A stretch of DNA of 64,000 nt from Mobula hypostoma (taxonomy: Eukaryota): NCBI RefSeq assembly GCF_963921235.1, contig NC_086097.1, forward strand, positions 15,438,001-15,502,000, given 5' to 3'. Positions 62,619 through 64,000 of this stretch are shown one piece after another (position 1 is the first letter of the stretch; each line of letters opens with the position of its first letter). The notes under the pieces were generated by a model, which was not told the DNA's origin, searched no databases, and was given only the letters and a program-made list of their open reading frames with translations. The translations under genes were made by a program, and so were the position numbers.

Positions 62619-64000
62619 CAGGTTTCCCCTGCCATCTGAAGGTAGAGCATCCTATGAAACGGTTCGTAAGCCGGAATGTAGTAAAGCGAAGAAGCAATTA
62701 CCATTTATTTATATGGGAAAATTTTGTGAGCGTTCACAGACCCGAAAATAACTTACCAAATCATGCCAAATAACGCATAAAACCTAAAATAACAGTAACA
62801 TATAATAAAAGCAGGAATGATATGATAAATACACAGCCTATATAAAGTAGAAATACTTTTCCACAATCATTGCCGGCACTGTTCTCCGTAGCGAAAATCT
62901 CACGCAAGCGCTCTCGGCAGAAAATCTCATGCAAGCGCTGTTGGCAAAAACACTCTCTCCAGTAACCTTTCAGTTATGAAGCTGCCAAATCATACCAAAT
63001 AACACGTAAAAATACACAGCCTATATAAAGTAGAAATAATGTATGTACAGTGTAGTATCACTTGCCGGAATTGGGACAGCGCAGAGCACACTGATGATGG
63101 TATGTTAGACTGAGTCGTCGGAGTTTGGGTGGTGCAGTCACCCGATACCGATCCGCAAAGCATGCAGGGGTGCAGCGGTAGCCGGGAGGCACACAGCACA
63201 TCTTTAAGAAAAAAGCTGAAATAAACAAGCTAATTAATTAGGTGCCGCCCGGCACGTAAATGTCAGCCCAGATCAGAGGCAACGCAATCGGCAATCGCCT
63301 CTGATCTGTGCCGACATTTACGTGCCGGGCGGCACCTAATTAATTAGCATGTTTATTTTGGCTTTTTTCTTAAAGATGTGCTGTGTGTCTCCAGGCTGCT
63401 GCTGCATTCTCTGCGAATCGGTATCTGTCCGCGGCCTGGGGATTGGGGTGGTGGGACACTGAGGTGTCAATTCATCGTCTGTTTCCATTAGGGCAGGCAG
63501 CTCATCTTCTCCTATGACTGCCCGCCTTGATGTCGAAGGTTGAGGTTCGTCGTCTGCTGTGGCTGATGTGGAAGGCTTGCTTGACTGCTTAGCCTCGCGC
63601 ACTTTTCTATCATACAGTTCTTTGTAAGGACTCAAACCATCTCGCAAATATGCCCTAAAGCTACGTACCCTTTCAAAATTAAAGTCGTACTTTATCATCG
63701 CAGCGAAAATCTCATGTAGTTGTCTCACGTCCAGTTCTTGGATGACTTCACTTTTGCTACTGAATTCGGTTTCGATTGTTATCCTTTCCTCTTCCAATTG
63801 CATCAGCTCTTCATCTATCAGTTCTTGGTCATGGGATGCCAAAACCTCTTCAACATCATCTTCGTCAGTTTCCACAAGCCAAACTTACCTTGTCCTTCCT
63901 TCGTTCACCACGATGGAAACGCTTAATTATGTCTAGTTTTATGCTAAGTGTAACACCCTTACGAGCTCTTTTAGGCTTTTCCGATGCTTTAGAACTCACC
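62619..64000 (-). mobile_element. pogo/Tigger-like DNA transposon derivative (runs off the window)
   Basis: Starts TA|CAGGTTTCCCC where the RTE breaks off. ORF 63336..63875 (DEDDVEEVLASHDQELIDEELMQLEEE...YKELYDRK) resembles the acidic C-terminus of Tigger transposases. Confidence 0.78.

Overview
Vertebrate nuclear DNA, most likely from a cartilaginous fish (inferred from the repeat families: CR1, Rex1/Babar, RTE, Penelope-like, V-SINE, Deu-SINE, hAT/Harbinger/Tc1/Tigger). It is dense with decayed transposable elements and I see no intact autonomous element. The one gene I recognise is TRIP11 (GMAP-210): its first coding exon (34653-34776, + strand) lies in a CpG-rich promoter, and the rest of the window is probably its repeat-filled first intron. 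An ~18.3 kb G/T-rich tandem array (unit ~44-56 bp, 6281-24615, with a 200-N assembly gap) dominates the left half. On the minus strand this array is bracketed by a splice acceptor and a perfect GTAAGT donor. Its unique flanks join in frame if the array is collapsed to one unit, suggesting a minisatellite that expanded inside a coding exon of an unidentified gene. The Penelope-like elements carry about 10 copies of a minimal, dimer-type hammerhead ribozyme motif, one inside a 189-bp near-perfect palindrome. Several nested insertions have readable TIRs/TSDs, and there are several inverted duplications. Repeat family names come from motif recognition, not database searches, and boundaries of decayed elements are approximate.
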